Shown one piece after another: positions 18,018 to 26,522 of a stretch of DNA of 32,000 bases; the first letter of the stretch is position 1, and each line of letters begins with the position of its first letter. The notes below the pieces were generated by a model. It was not told the origin of the DNA. It saw only the letters and a list, made by a program, of their open reading frames with translations, and searched no databases. The stretch lies in the NCBI RefSeq assembly GCF_000012545.1, contig NC_007681.1, positions 780,001 through 812,000 on the forward strand. Reading direction: 5' to 3'. This DNA comes from Methanosphaera stadtmanae DSM 3091 (GTDB taxonomy: Archaea > Methanobacteriota > Methanobacteria > Methanobacteriales > Methanobacteriaceae). The position numbers and the translations under genes were made by a program.

Positions 18018-18383
18018 CTAAAATTCTTTAAAAATTAGTTCTAAACCAATAGCAAATCCCATATCTTCATCATACCATCCTTTTTTCTTGTCTTGATTCA
18101 TATATAGTATGCTGTATGCTTTCATTTTATAGGTTTCATACATGACAGCCCCAGGATATTTTTTATTATATTCTAAAGGATTAATATCTAACATATATAC
18201 TAATTTTGTTGGATAGGCATCTGTACTATTTAATAACTCATTTTTTATAGATTTGGCATAGTGTCTATCGATTCTAATTTTTCCACTAAAATCTCCTGGA
18301 AGTGTATTATACCATTCAAGATAGTTTAACATTTTATTTTCTTCTTTTTGAAGTATGTTTTGAATATTTTTATCAATAGTCAT
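18018..18383 (-). CDS. Hypothetical protein, 121 aa, no family recognised
   Basis: Clean ORF with SD GAGTGAT. Soluble, with no TM segments. Confidence 0.5.
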   Translation of the reverse strand: MTIDKNIQNILQKEENKMLNYLEWYNTLPGDFSGKIRIDRHYAKSIKNELLNSTDAYPTKLVYMLDINPLEYNKKYPGAVMYETYKMKAYSILYMNQDKKKGWYDEDMGFAIGLELIFKEF

Positions 18384-18453
18384 CTAATCACTCAATAAAA
18401 AAAGTTTTTTTTTTATTTTCTTATAAAAAAGGTTGGTGGTGATATTCAAGGTA

Positions 18454-18861
18454 TTATTCTTGAATTATTATGTCTTTAAATTGTGGGAATTCTTCAATAA
18501 AATCATATATTTCTTTGTCAAGAAATTCTTCATATCTTTCCTTTTGATTTGAGTTAGGATCTGCATATTTATATTGTAATTCTGTTCTTTTTGCATATGT
18601 TTTTTCTAGTCTTTCTTTAACTTTTGGGTCAAAATTATTGAATTTTGTTGGTCTATCATGGTCATGTCCTTTATATGCAAGTCCTATGGTATTGAATCTG
18701 TATGGCATGATAGTACCAGCATTTAATGCTACTTCATACATTTCAAAGTAATGTTCTGTTATAAATTCATAGTTTAGTGTAACTGTTGATTCTTTTATGT
18801 GTTTATCGAATTCTTTTAAGTTATTTATATATTCTTCATCCCAATCTTTTCCTATACTCAT
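18454..18861 (-). CDS. Hypothetical protein, 135 aa, acidic, no family recognised
   Basis: Clean ORF with SD-like GATGTGAT. Co-directional with 18018-18383. Confidence 0.5.
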   Translation of the reverse strand: MSIGKDWDEEYINNLKEFDKHIKESTVTLNYEFITEHYFEMYEVALNAGTIMPYRFNTIGLAYKGHDHDRPTKFNNFDPKVKERLEKTYAKRTELQYKYADPNSNQKERYEEFLDKEIYDFIEEFPQFKDIIIQE

Positions 18862-19460
18862 ATTATCACATCTTGATTTTTATTTTTATAACTATTGTTA
18901 TAAATACTTTAGCTTTGAAAATGAAGTTATATTAAAGTATTTCGAGTAATATATGCTTAAATAACAATTAAAAGGAGATATTTAAATAGATTTTAGTAAA
19001 AACAGGTATATTATCCAAGTATCTATCTTAAAAATAGTATTATTATACAAGTGATTCATAATTAATTCATCATGTAGTATTAGATTAAAAGATGGTAAAA
19101 AAATTAGAAATGATAAAATTAGTTAAAAAATTAATTGTTGCACATTGGAATAAACATTAATTTACATCTACCTTATTTATATGTTCTACTTTTTCTACTA
19201 CTTCTACCAATTAGAAATATTATATTTCAAAAAAGAGTATAATAATAAAGAGGATTAAAAAAAAGAATTATAGGAATTCTAAGACATAAACAAATACTTT
19301 CAATATACATTAGTTTATGATATACTTAGTTAAAATGTACTTAAAATGGGAGCTTTATGTTATATTGGTAAATAGTAGGTTTATGTTATTGGTGGTTAGT
19401 TATGTTACTAGTGAATTTCATGTGATGGTTGTTAGTTAATATTGTTAGTATTATGCTAAA

Positions 19461-19780
19461 ATGATTATTTCTAATTATTCTCATGAATATTCAAAATATA
19501 ACAACATTTTAATCTATCATGTTTTAAGGTGTTGGAAAGAATTCTCATCTATTGATATGGATATGGAATTATCTGGTCATACACATGAGTGTCAATTTAT
19601 TCCTGAAACATTATTTACTAGATTATTATTTAAATATAATCATGGACTTTTTTTAGTCAAGAAGTAGCAGAAAATAATATAAGAACATCATATTTATCTG
19701 TAACATATGGAATAGGTTTCTTTGCAGTACATATATGTTTAAGTACTTCTTTTGAAAATACTTGTTTTAAATATAAATAG
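19461..19780 (+). pseudogene. Frameshifted C-terminal remnant of a calcineurin-like metallophosphoesterase
   Basis: The ORF at 19461-19667 reads NILIYHVL...DMELSGHTHECQF...YNHGLF, which includes the GHTH motif. After the T7 run at 19648-19654 the sequence continues in another frame as SQEVAENNIRTSYLSVTYGIGFFAVHICLSTSFENTCFKYK*, a VS.GIG-type C-terminus ending at 19780. The N-terminal DxH/GD/GNH motifs are not recoverable upstream. Confidence 0.5.
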
Positions 19781-19830
19781 AAAATAATTTTTTATTTAAA
19801 AAAATAATATAAGATAAGGGGATTTTTTTT

Positions 19831-20070
19831 TTAATCTACCTCTACACTTATATATTTAGATTTATCTGATACTTTTTTTAGTACTTCAAATAAAAGTGGT
19901 GTCATACATCCTGTATTTATTATATGTATCGTGGTTTCTTCCTCTATTTTTATAAGAAATTCATATAATCTATCTATATCACCATCATATTCTGGAAAAT
20001 TAAATAGATCTTGTATATAATATATTGGATCTTTTCTTATTAATTTACCATTTATATCTATATACTTCAT
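19831..20070 (-). CDS. Divergent barstar-like protein (second copy)
   Basis: FNFPEYDGDIDRLYEFLIK aligns with barstar LPEYYGENLDALWDCLTG, keeping the D35 equivalent and replacing D39 with E. Its ATG abuts the stop codon of the upstream barstar with no gap. SD GTGAT lies inside the upstream gene. Confidence 0.65.
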   Translation of the reverse strand: MKYIDINGKLIRKDPIYYIQDLFNFPEYDGDIDRLYEFLIKIEEETTIHIINTGCMTPLLFEVLKKVSDKSKYISVEVD

Positions 20071-20313
20071 TTAATCACTACTAAATGTTAAATAATTACT
20101 TTCACATGCTGCATCATAGAATGTGTCATATAAATCCTTAGATATTTCATTACTATTTATTAGATGAATCTCTGTTTTTACACCAATACTTGTAAGACAA
20201 TCATATAAAGCATCAAGATTTCTTCCATAATAATCTGGTAAATCTAATTTTTTAATTAAATAGTCATGTGTTTTAAGTTTAATTTTTTTACCATCTAATA
20301 TTACAATATTCAA
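20071..20313 (-). CDS. Barstar (barnase inhibitor)
   Basis: LDLPDYYGRNLDALYDCLTS is near-identical to the barstar binding helix (Y29, D35 and D39 equivalents present). TTG start with SD GGTGA, 19 nt after the barnase stop. Confidence 0.85.
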   Translation of the reverse strand: MNIVILDGKKIKLKTHDYLIKKLDLPDYYGRNLDALYDCLTSIGVKTEIHLINSNEISKDLYDTFYDAACESNYLTFSSD

Positions 20314-20332
20314 TATTTTTCACCAAATTTTT

Positions 20333-20782
20333 CTATATTTCATTAAATGTTTTATAGTGATCTGTAGTGTAGTAGACTTTATAATTTTCAGTAGAATATA
20401 CTATTCTTTTGGAACCACGTGTGGTACCATTTGCATCAATATCACATTCTATATATTTTGATGTACTAGTTGGAAGTATTTTCTGCCTATTTGTAAAAAC
20501 ATCTCCACCAATACTTTTTCCAGGTGCATATTCTTTTAATGGACCACCATTCCATCCAAGTTTTTGTGCTTCTTTTTTAGTTATATAATTACTTGGAAGT
20601 TTATGATATTCTTTTATATAAGCTGCCACTTCATCAACAGTACAATATTGTCCATTTTCAACAATATGTATATTGGTTGTATTATTGTTACTAATTATAT
20701 TATTATCATGGTCTGATAGGATATTTACTCCAAAAACACTACCTAGAATGGCAATAATAACAATAGTAATTACTGATATCAT
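20333..20782 (-). CDS. Barnase-family guanyl-specific ribonuclease with N-terminal hydrophobic signal/anchor
   Basis: YHKLPSNYITKKEAQKLGW...APGKSIGGDVFTNRQ...YIECDID...TRGSKRIVYS...YYTTDHYKTFNEI aligns with B. amyloliquefaciens barnase. Equivalents of catalytic K27, E73, R83, R87 and H102 are all present. The N-terminus MISVITIVIIAILGSVFGV is a TM/signal segment. Confidence 0.9.
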   Translation of the reverse strand: MISVITIVIIAILGSVFGVNILSDHDNNIISNNNTTNIHIVENGQYCTVDEVAAYIKEYHKLPSNYITKKEAQKLGWNGGPLKEYAPGKSIGGDVFTNRQKILPTSTSKYIECDIDANGTTRGSKRIVYSTENYKVYYTTDHYKTFNEI

Positions 20783-20872
20783 TTGTTGATTAATAAAATC
20801 ACCTCTTATTAATTATTCTATTGATTATATTTAATAAAAAGTTAACTATTTTTTAAAAAAAGAAATATGTTG

Positions 20873-21580
20873 TTATACTACATATTCTAGTATAACAGCA
20901 AATATGGTTATAAACATTATGATTTCAACAATATAAATAAAGAAGTTATGAAACAAGCTATGATTTGTTACATTTTTCCTTATTATGTTGTGTAGATTTG
21001 GATTGAATTGGGTTGCATATACACTTGCAACAATAAATGATATTATTAAAACCCATACAAGTACATTTATTAGAATTTGAATAAAATCTGTATTCACAAG
21101 TATAAGTGATGTTACTGGCTCTAAGGATAGGTATGGTAGGAATTGTCTTGTAAATATTCCAAGTATTGATGTTGGTGTTGTTGTTACAATGTATGAATTT
21201 AGCATAATAATATATAACATTATTATAATTGCACCTATAATTGCAGTCCATAGATAAAAGCTTGTTTTATAGAAGAGATATTCTGATTGGAAATCTATTT
21301 TAGTTTTAGACTCATCATATTTTTTTGTGCCTTCATAGTGTACTGTTAATATATAGTCTTTTCGTGATATTGATGAGGTTATTGTTGCTGTTCCATCTTT
21401 TGAAATTTTTCCACTACCAACAATTTTTCCTTTCTTTGAGGTAACTATAACTTTTCCTTTTAAAACAGGTGCATTTGTTTGGGCTTCAGTAACTTTTACT
21501 GAAACAGTATACATTTTCGTGTTAGAATTTACTATTTCTGCATCTATTTTAGTTTTTATTTTTTCATTTTCTGTATTCAT
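20873..21580 (-). CDS. Membrane protein: N-terminal beta-rich (Ig/CarboxypepD_reg-like) domain plus about 4 C-terminal TM helices
   Basis: TVSVKVTEAQTNAPVLKGKVIVTSKKGKIVGSGKISKDGTATITS...LTVHYEGTKKY is followed by hydrophobic segments. SD TGGGGT present. It lies 90 nt upstream of barnase on the same strand. Confidence 0.55.
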   Translation of the reverse strand: MNTENEKIKTKIDAEIVNSNTKMYTVSVKVTEAQTNAPVLKGKVIVTSKKGKIVGSGKISKDGTATITSSISRKDYILTVHYEGTKKYDESKTKIDFQSEYLFYKTSFYLWTAIIGAIIIMLYIIMLNSYIVTTTPTSILGIFTRQFLPYLSLEPVTSLILVNTDFIQILINVLVWVLIISFIVASVYATQFNPNLHNIIRKNVTNHSLFHNFFIYIVEIIMFITIFAVILEYVV

Positions 21581-22056
21581 AAAATTAACCCCAAATATTT
21601 TATTAGTTTGATTTTTTTCAAACTTAACAACAATATAGGTATATTCTATAAATAATAATAATTATTTAGAAAAACATTGTTGATATTTAATTTTTGTATA
21701 TTAATGTATGTCGTAGCTTATATTAATAATTTCTCTTTATAAACATATATTCTAATTTAATAAATTCCTTATTATTTTAATTATTATAAAGTATTTGGTA
21801 GAATAATTTAGAGGAAATTTGTTTTATTATATAATATATATTTATTTCTTAAAATTCTAAAAATACATATATATCAATTAAATTTATTTTTATATATTTT
21901 TGAATTATTTTTTTCTAGTAAAAAAAAGTTTTAAATGTAGAAAAATTGAAAAATAAATATGAAAAATTAATATAATACTAAATACATAATACTATATAGT
22001 TTTATTAATCATTTTTCTAATAAAACATCAATTTTTAAATATTAATAGGAGATTAT

Positions 22057-22434
22057 ATGAGATCAGGAATGAAAACCATTCTTGCAGTTGTAATAGCAGT
22101 AATATTATGTTGTGTAGCCTTTGGAGGATACATAGTATATGATAATATGCAAAAACAGAATCAAGAACTGAATAAATCACTACAAGATGTACAAAAACAA
22201 CTTAATGAAACACAAAATAACTCTTCAACAAATACAACAACAAAAGCAACATCTACTACAAAAAAAGCAACACCTACAGCAAAATCTGCTAGTAACAAAG
22301 TAACATATGAGGAAGCTGGTGTAGATAAGAATATAGGTTACATTAAAACATGTAAATATAAGGGTTGTGGAGCTAGATACGACTCAAGATTAAGTTACTG
22401 TCCAAGCTGTGGACAAAGAAATATATATGTATAA
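22057..22434 (+). CDS. Small membrane-anchored protein with T/K-rich linker and C-terminal zinc-ribbon
   Basis: N-terminal TM (ILAVVIAVILCCVAFGGYIVY), a low-complexity stretch STNTTTKATSTTKKATPTAKS, and a C-terminal C-x4-C...C-x2-C motif (CKYKGCGARYDSRLSYCPSCGQ). SD TAGGAGAT present. Confidence 0.6.
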   Translation: MRSGMKTILAVVIAVILCCVAFGGYIVYDNMQKQNQELNKSLQDVQKQLNETQNNSSTNTTTKATSTTKKATPTAKSASNKVTYEEAGVDKNIGYIKTCKYKGCGARYDSRLSYCPSCGQRNIYV

Positions 22435-22700
22435 TTTACATATATCCTCTTTTTTTAAAACAAGTGTTTATTTTTTCTAAAATTTTATTAATATTATCAT
22501 ATATATAATTAACTAATATCAAAAAAATTTTATCTTATTATATTTAATAAAACAGGACAAAAAATTAAATTAATTCTTTTTATTTAAAAAATCAGGGTTT
22601 TTTTTAATATAACGCTTTTTATTAAATTTATTGTATTAAATTAAATAATTTAGTAGATTAAAATTTAAGATATTTTAATTATTATTAAAGAGGTGACTAC

Positions 22701-24176
22701 ATGTCTCAAAAAAGTTCTTCTCCTAGATGGGAAAGTAATATAAGCTTTATACTTGCCATGATTGGGTCTGCTGTCGGATTAGGAAATATATGGCGTTATC
22801 CATATGTTGCATATACCAATGGTGGAGGAGCATTTATACTTCCATATATTATTTCAATAATATGTCTTGGAATTCCATTACTATTTATTGAATATGGTAC
22901 TGGATATAAATTCAAGTCGGGTATGAGTAAAATTCTTCGTAAAATTAATACAAAATATGAATATATAGGATGGTTTATTCAAACATCAACCTTTTTTATT
23001 TTAACATACTATGTATGTGTAGTAGCATGGAATCTATTGTATGTTCCATTAAGCTTTTTTAAAGGTTGGGGTTCAAATCCAGATAATTTTCTGAATACAG
23101 TAATACTAGAATCAACAACAGATGTAAGTGGATTGTTTCATATAGCAATATATGTTCTTATTGCACTTACAATTGTATGGATTATATTATGGTATATTTC
23201 ACATCATGATATAAATAAGGGAATAGGTAAATTTAATAAAATATTAACACCCTTATTATTTATTATAATGATAATTATAGTGGCATTTGCTCTTACATTA
23301 CCAGGATCAGGTTTTGGTGTATTAACTCTCCTAACACCAGATTTATCAGCAATTACTAATTCAGACATATGGATTGCAGCACTAAGTCAAATTTTATTTT
23401 CACTTAGTATAGGTATGTGTATTGTTGTTGCATATACTGCATATCTTCCAGATGATGTTAATATTCCTAAAAATGTACTACTTGTAGCTTTAGCAAATAG
23501 TTCATTTGAAGTATTTACAGCAATAGGAATTTTTGGAATACTTGGTTTTATGAGTACAACACATGGAATTCCTATTAATGAACTTGTAACACAAGGAACT
23601 ACATTAGCATTTGTAGCATTCCCTCAAATATTTAATGTAATGGGATTTATAGGTTATATTATTGGGCCTTTATTCTTTATAGCATTATTATTTGCAGGTA
23701 TAACATCAAATATTTCAATAATGGAACCTATTATCTTATCACTTAGAGATAAATTTGGTTTTGAAAGAAAAAAAGCAGTGACAATATGTTGTGTTGTAGG
23801 ATTTATAATATCATTACTATTTACAACTTCCTTGGGAAGTAGTTTAGTAGGAGTATTTGACACATTCATAAATCAATTTGGTGTGGTGTTAAATGTAATT
23901 ATTGAACTTATATTAATTACATGGATTTATGGAATTGATAAAATTCTACCTGGAATAAATAAGAATGCAACCTTCCTAAAAATAGGACCTAAATGGAAAA
24001 TATGGATGAAATACATTATTCCAATAATTATATTCATAATATGGATTAAAGGTATTTCTGAGTCATTAATAACAAATGATACATTTACAAACACAGTACA
24101 ATTGTTGTTATTGGTGGCATTGTTTATTGTTCCATTGATACTAACAAAAATTCCAGCAAAAGTTGAAGATTACTAA
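22701..24176 (+). CDS. Sodium-dependent transporter, neurotransmitter:sodium symporter (SNF) family
   Basis: RWESNISFILAMIGSAVGLGNIWRYPY signature with about 11-12 TM segments; 491 aa. SD AGAGGTGA present. Confidence 0.9.
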   Translation: MSQKSSSPRWESNISFILAMIGSAVGLGNIWRYPYVAYTNGGGAFILPYIISIICLGIPLLFIEYGTGYKFKSGMSKILRKINTKYEYIGWFIQTSTFFILTYYVCVVAWNLLYVPLSFFKGWGSNPDNFLNTVILESTTDVSGLFHIAIYVLIALTIVWIILWYISHHDINKGIGKFNKILTPLLFIIMIIIVAFALTLPGSGFGVLTLLTPDLSAITNSDIWIAALSQILFSLSIGMCIVVAYTAYLPDDVNIPKNVLLVALANSSFEVFTAIGIFGILGFMSTTHGIPINELVTQGTTLAFVAFPQIFNVMGFIGYIIGPLFFIALLFAGITSNISIMEPIILSLRDKFGFERKKAVTICCVVGFIISLLFTTSLGSSLVGVFDTFINQFGVVLNVIIELILITWIYGIDKILPGINKNATFLKIGPKWKIWMKYIIPIIIFIIWIKGISESLITNDTFTNTVQLLLLVALFIVPLILTKIPAKVEDY

Positions 24177-24217
24177 AAAACTAACATTAATTGTTAGTTT
24201 TTCTTATTTTTTTTTTT
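24176..24217 (+). terminator. Hairpin plus oligo-T terminator after the SNF transporter
   Basis: Perfect 11-bp stem AAAAACTAACA / TGTTAGTTTTT (24176-24186 / 24192-24202) with a 5-nt loop, followed by a T-rich run to 24217. Confidence 0.5.
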
Positions 24218-24350
24218 AGATTAATTTCTTTTAGAATTATTATTAAAAAGAGCTATTTTATTTTTTTTAGAAAAAGTATAAAAATTGAGTGTATAGTTAA
24301 TAAAAAAAATATAAATTCTTTTTTTCTTATTAATTAAAACACTATTTTTT

Positions 24351-24857
24351 TTAGTTTAAGATTTTAGTAGAATTAACTATTGATTCTATTGTAGATTCTT
24401 TAAATGTTTCATTCATTTTACCTTTAACAAATATGTGATATGTGTTGTTATCTTTACTATACCAGAAATGATAAGCATTACTTGTATTATTATCAACAGT
24501 GTTCATATCATCATCGGTGTCGTTATCAGTTGCATTTGAAACTATAACACCTTCAATAGAAATATTATTATAATTTGATGAATAATTTTCTATAGTGTAA
24601 TTATTTGCATGTTTTTTGTTAAAATCATCAACTAAATCTTTAACTGTTTCATTTGTTTTAAGTCTATCAACTTTGATTATAGTTTTAGAATCAGATATTT
24701 TAATTGTTTTATCTGTGGAATTTATTACTTTATAACCTGTAGGGGTTGTAAAATTTAATTTAGGACTATTATCATTCATTGTAAAGAAGAATACTCCACA
24801 AACTCCTACTAAAACTATTAAAAGTATAACTAAAATACTTAATTTTTTAGTATCCAT
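24351..24857 (-). CDS. Membrane-anchored/secreted protein, N-x-S/T sequon-rich, no family recognised
   Basis: N-terminal TM/signal (LSILVILLIVLVGVCGVFFF). I count 13 N-x-S/T sequons in the ~140-aa ectodomain. SD GGGAGAT present. Confidence 0.6.
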   Translation of the reverse strand: MDTKKLSILVILLIVLVGVCGVFFFTMNDNSPKLNFTTPTGYKVINSTDKTIKISDSKTIIKVDRLKTNETVKDLVDDFNKKHANNYTIENYSSNYNNISIEGVIVSNATDNDTDDDMNTVDNNTSNAYHFWYSKDNNTYHIFVKGKMNETFKESTIESIVNSTKILN

Positions 24858-25214
24858 TTTAATCTCCCATTTATTTTAAAAAAAAGATATAAAAAATCTT
24901 GATTTTTTTTATATGATTTATTTTAAAAAAATAACGTTTAAATCAGCATCATATACTATTTTATACGTTTATAATATATAGTATATATAATTTATACAAT
25001 ATTTAAATTAGTTAAATGTTATTAAAATAATTTAAAGGTATTGTTTTTAGTTCTATTTTCATTATATTGAAAGTTTCATAATATATTCAATGAATTTCAT
25101 TAATTTATTTAAAAAGTAGGCTTATTCATATTTTTAATTAATTTTCTTTTATTTGGTATTTTGAAAATGAAATTGTCTTTATAATATCTTACTAAAAAAT
25201 TAAAGGTAAATTAC

Positions 25215-25520
25215 TTATTCAAGTAATTTATTTACAGTATCAACCTTAGCATCAAGTGTACGATTTTCTAAATCTCTTCTATCATCAATTTTAATAACAG
25301 AATAAACTCTACCAATACCTGCTTCAAAAACTGCTTCTTGTGCTTTAGCTAATACTGGATATAATTCTTCATAACTATTAGCTTCAATCTGTGTACCCAT
25401 ACCAGTTAATTGGTAATTAAGATTAGAATCTTTAATAACTTGTACTGCTGCTGTTACAAATTTTTTTAATTCAGTACCATCTGTTCCAACTGGTAATATT
25501 GCAAAATCTGCTGTTATCAT
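25215..25520 (-). CDS. MTH1187/YkoF-related (UPF0045) putative thiamine/HMP-binding protein
   Basis: MITADFAILPVGT...YQLTGMGTQIE...IKIDDRRD matches the ~100-aa MTH1187 family pattern. ATG at 25520 is preferred over the track's GTG at 25529: SD GGAGTGAT sits 4 nt upstream and it lies 5 nt after the thiM stop. Confidence 0.75.
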   Translation of the reverse strand: MITADFAILPVGTDGTELKKFVTAAVQVIKDSNLNYQLTGMGTQIEANSYEELYPVLAKAQEAVFEAGIGRVYSVIKIDDRRDLENRTLDAKVDTVNKLLE

Positions 25521-25525
25521 AAATA

Positions 25526-26374
25526 TCACTCCAATTTATATAACTTTCCATATTTCATAATAGTTTCATCATTCATATTATACATCATATCAATCAGATA
25601 TGTTCTAAAAGAACCTGAACCTTCATTATTTATTTCCATTTTTCTTCTTGCTAATTCTCCAGAAATAGCCATGGATAAACTTCCAATAATTGCTGCTTCT
25701 AGTGGACTTGTAATAGCACAAAAGGATCCGATAACACAGGTAAGCATACAACCACTACCTGTAATTTTAGACATGACTTCTTCACCATTATCAATAAGAT
25801 AGATACTTACTCCATCTGAAATAATATCTATTGCACCAGAAACTGCAATTGTTGTATTAAGTTTATCTGCAACAGCTTTTACTAAAGAAGCATTTGATTT
25901 AATATTATCTTTTGTAATAATATCATCACTTGAAACATCTACTCCTTTAGCTACAGATTTTTCATCTGTAATATTAAAAAGATTAGCAATAGCTTTTATT
26001 TCAGACATATTTCCACGAATAACATCAACTGATGATTTATTAATCAAATCAATAGTAATATCATTTCTTAATTTAGAAACACCTACAGCAACTGGATCAA
26101 GAACAAGGGGTGTGTTTGTCTTTTTTGTATGACAAGCTGCAATTTGCATTGGTTCTATTTGATCTTCAAGTAAAGTACCCATATTAATGATAGTAACACC
26201 TGCAGCTTCAACAAATTCTTCAATCTCAGGAGCTTCATTTGCCATAGCTGGTGATCCACCAATAGCAAGTACAACATTAGCACAGTCATTAATTGTTACA
26301 TAATTTGTAATACAATGTGTTAATGGACATTTATTTCTTAGTTTTTCTATATTTTTACTACATTGTTCTAACAT
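25526..26374 (-). CDS. thiM: Hydroxyethylthiazole kinase ThiM (copy 2, about 50% identical to copy 1 by eye)
   Basis: PLTHCITN, AIGGSPAMAN, RGNMSEIKAIA and ITGSGCML motifs; 282 aa. No obvious SD, so the transcript may be leaderless or short-leadered. Confidence 0.9.
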   Translation of the reverse strand: MLEQCSKNIEKLRNKCPLTHCITNYVTINDCANVVLAIGGSPAMANEAPEIEEFVEAAGVTIINMGTLLEDQIEPMQIAACHTKKTNTPLVLDPVAVGVSKLRNDITIDLINKSSVDVIRGNMSEIKAIANLFNITDEKSVAKGVDVSSDDIITKDNIKSNASLVKAVADKLNTTIAVSGAIDIISDGVSIYLIDNGEEVMSKITGSGCMLTCVIGSFCAITSPLEAAIIGSLSMAISGELARRKMEINNEGSGSFRTYLIDMMYNMNDETIMKYGKLYKLE

Positions 26375-26522
26375 TTTTTTATCTATTTTTTTAATTTTAT
26401 CAGTATCCTTTAAAAAAATTTTTCTATAATAATATATTTATAATTATTAATATATAATAATTAGAAGATAGCTTCAATATGGATAATTTAGATATAAAAA
26501 AAGTTATGTAGAGGTTATGTTG

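Noticed and set aside
20958-21251. 97-aa same-strand alternative-frame ORF inside 20873-21580
   Set aside because: Its Cys/Asn/Tyr-rich translation is typical of an off-frame reading of AT-rich membrane-protein codons. The main frame has the SD and a coherent TM architecture.
23654-23869. Minus-strand ORF inside the SNF transporter
   Set aside because: Antisense shadow.
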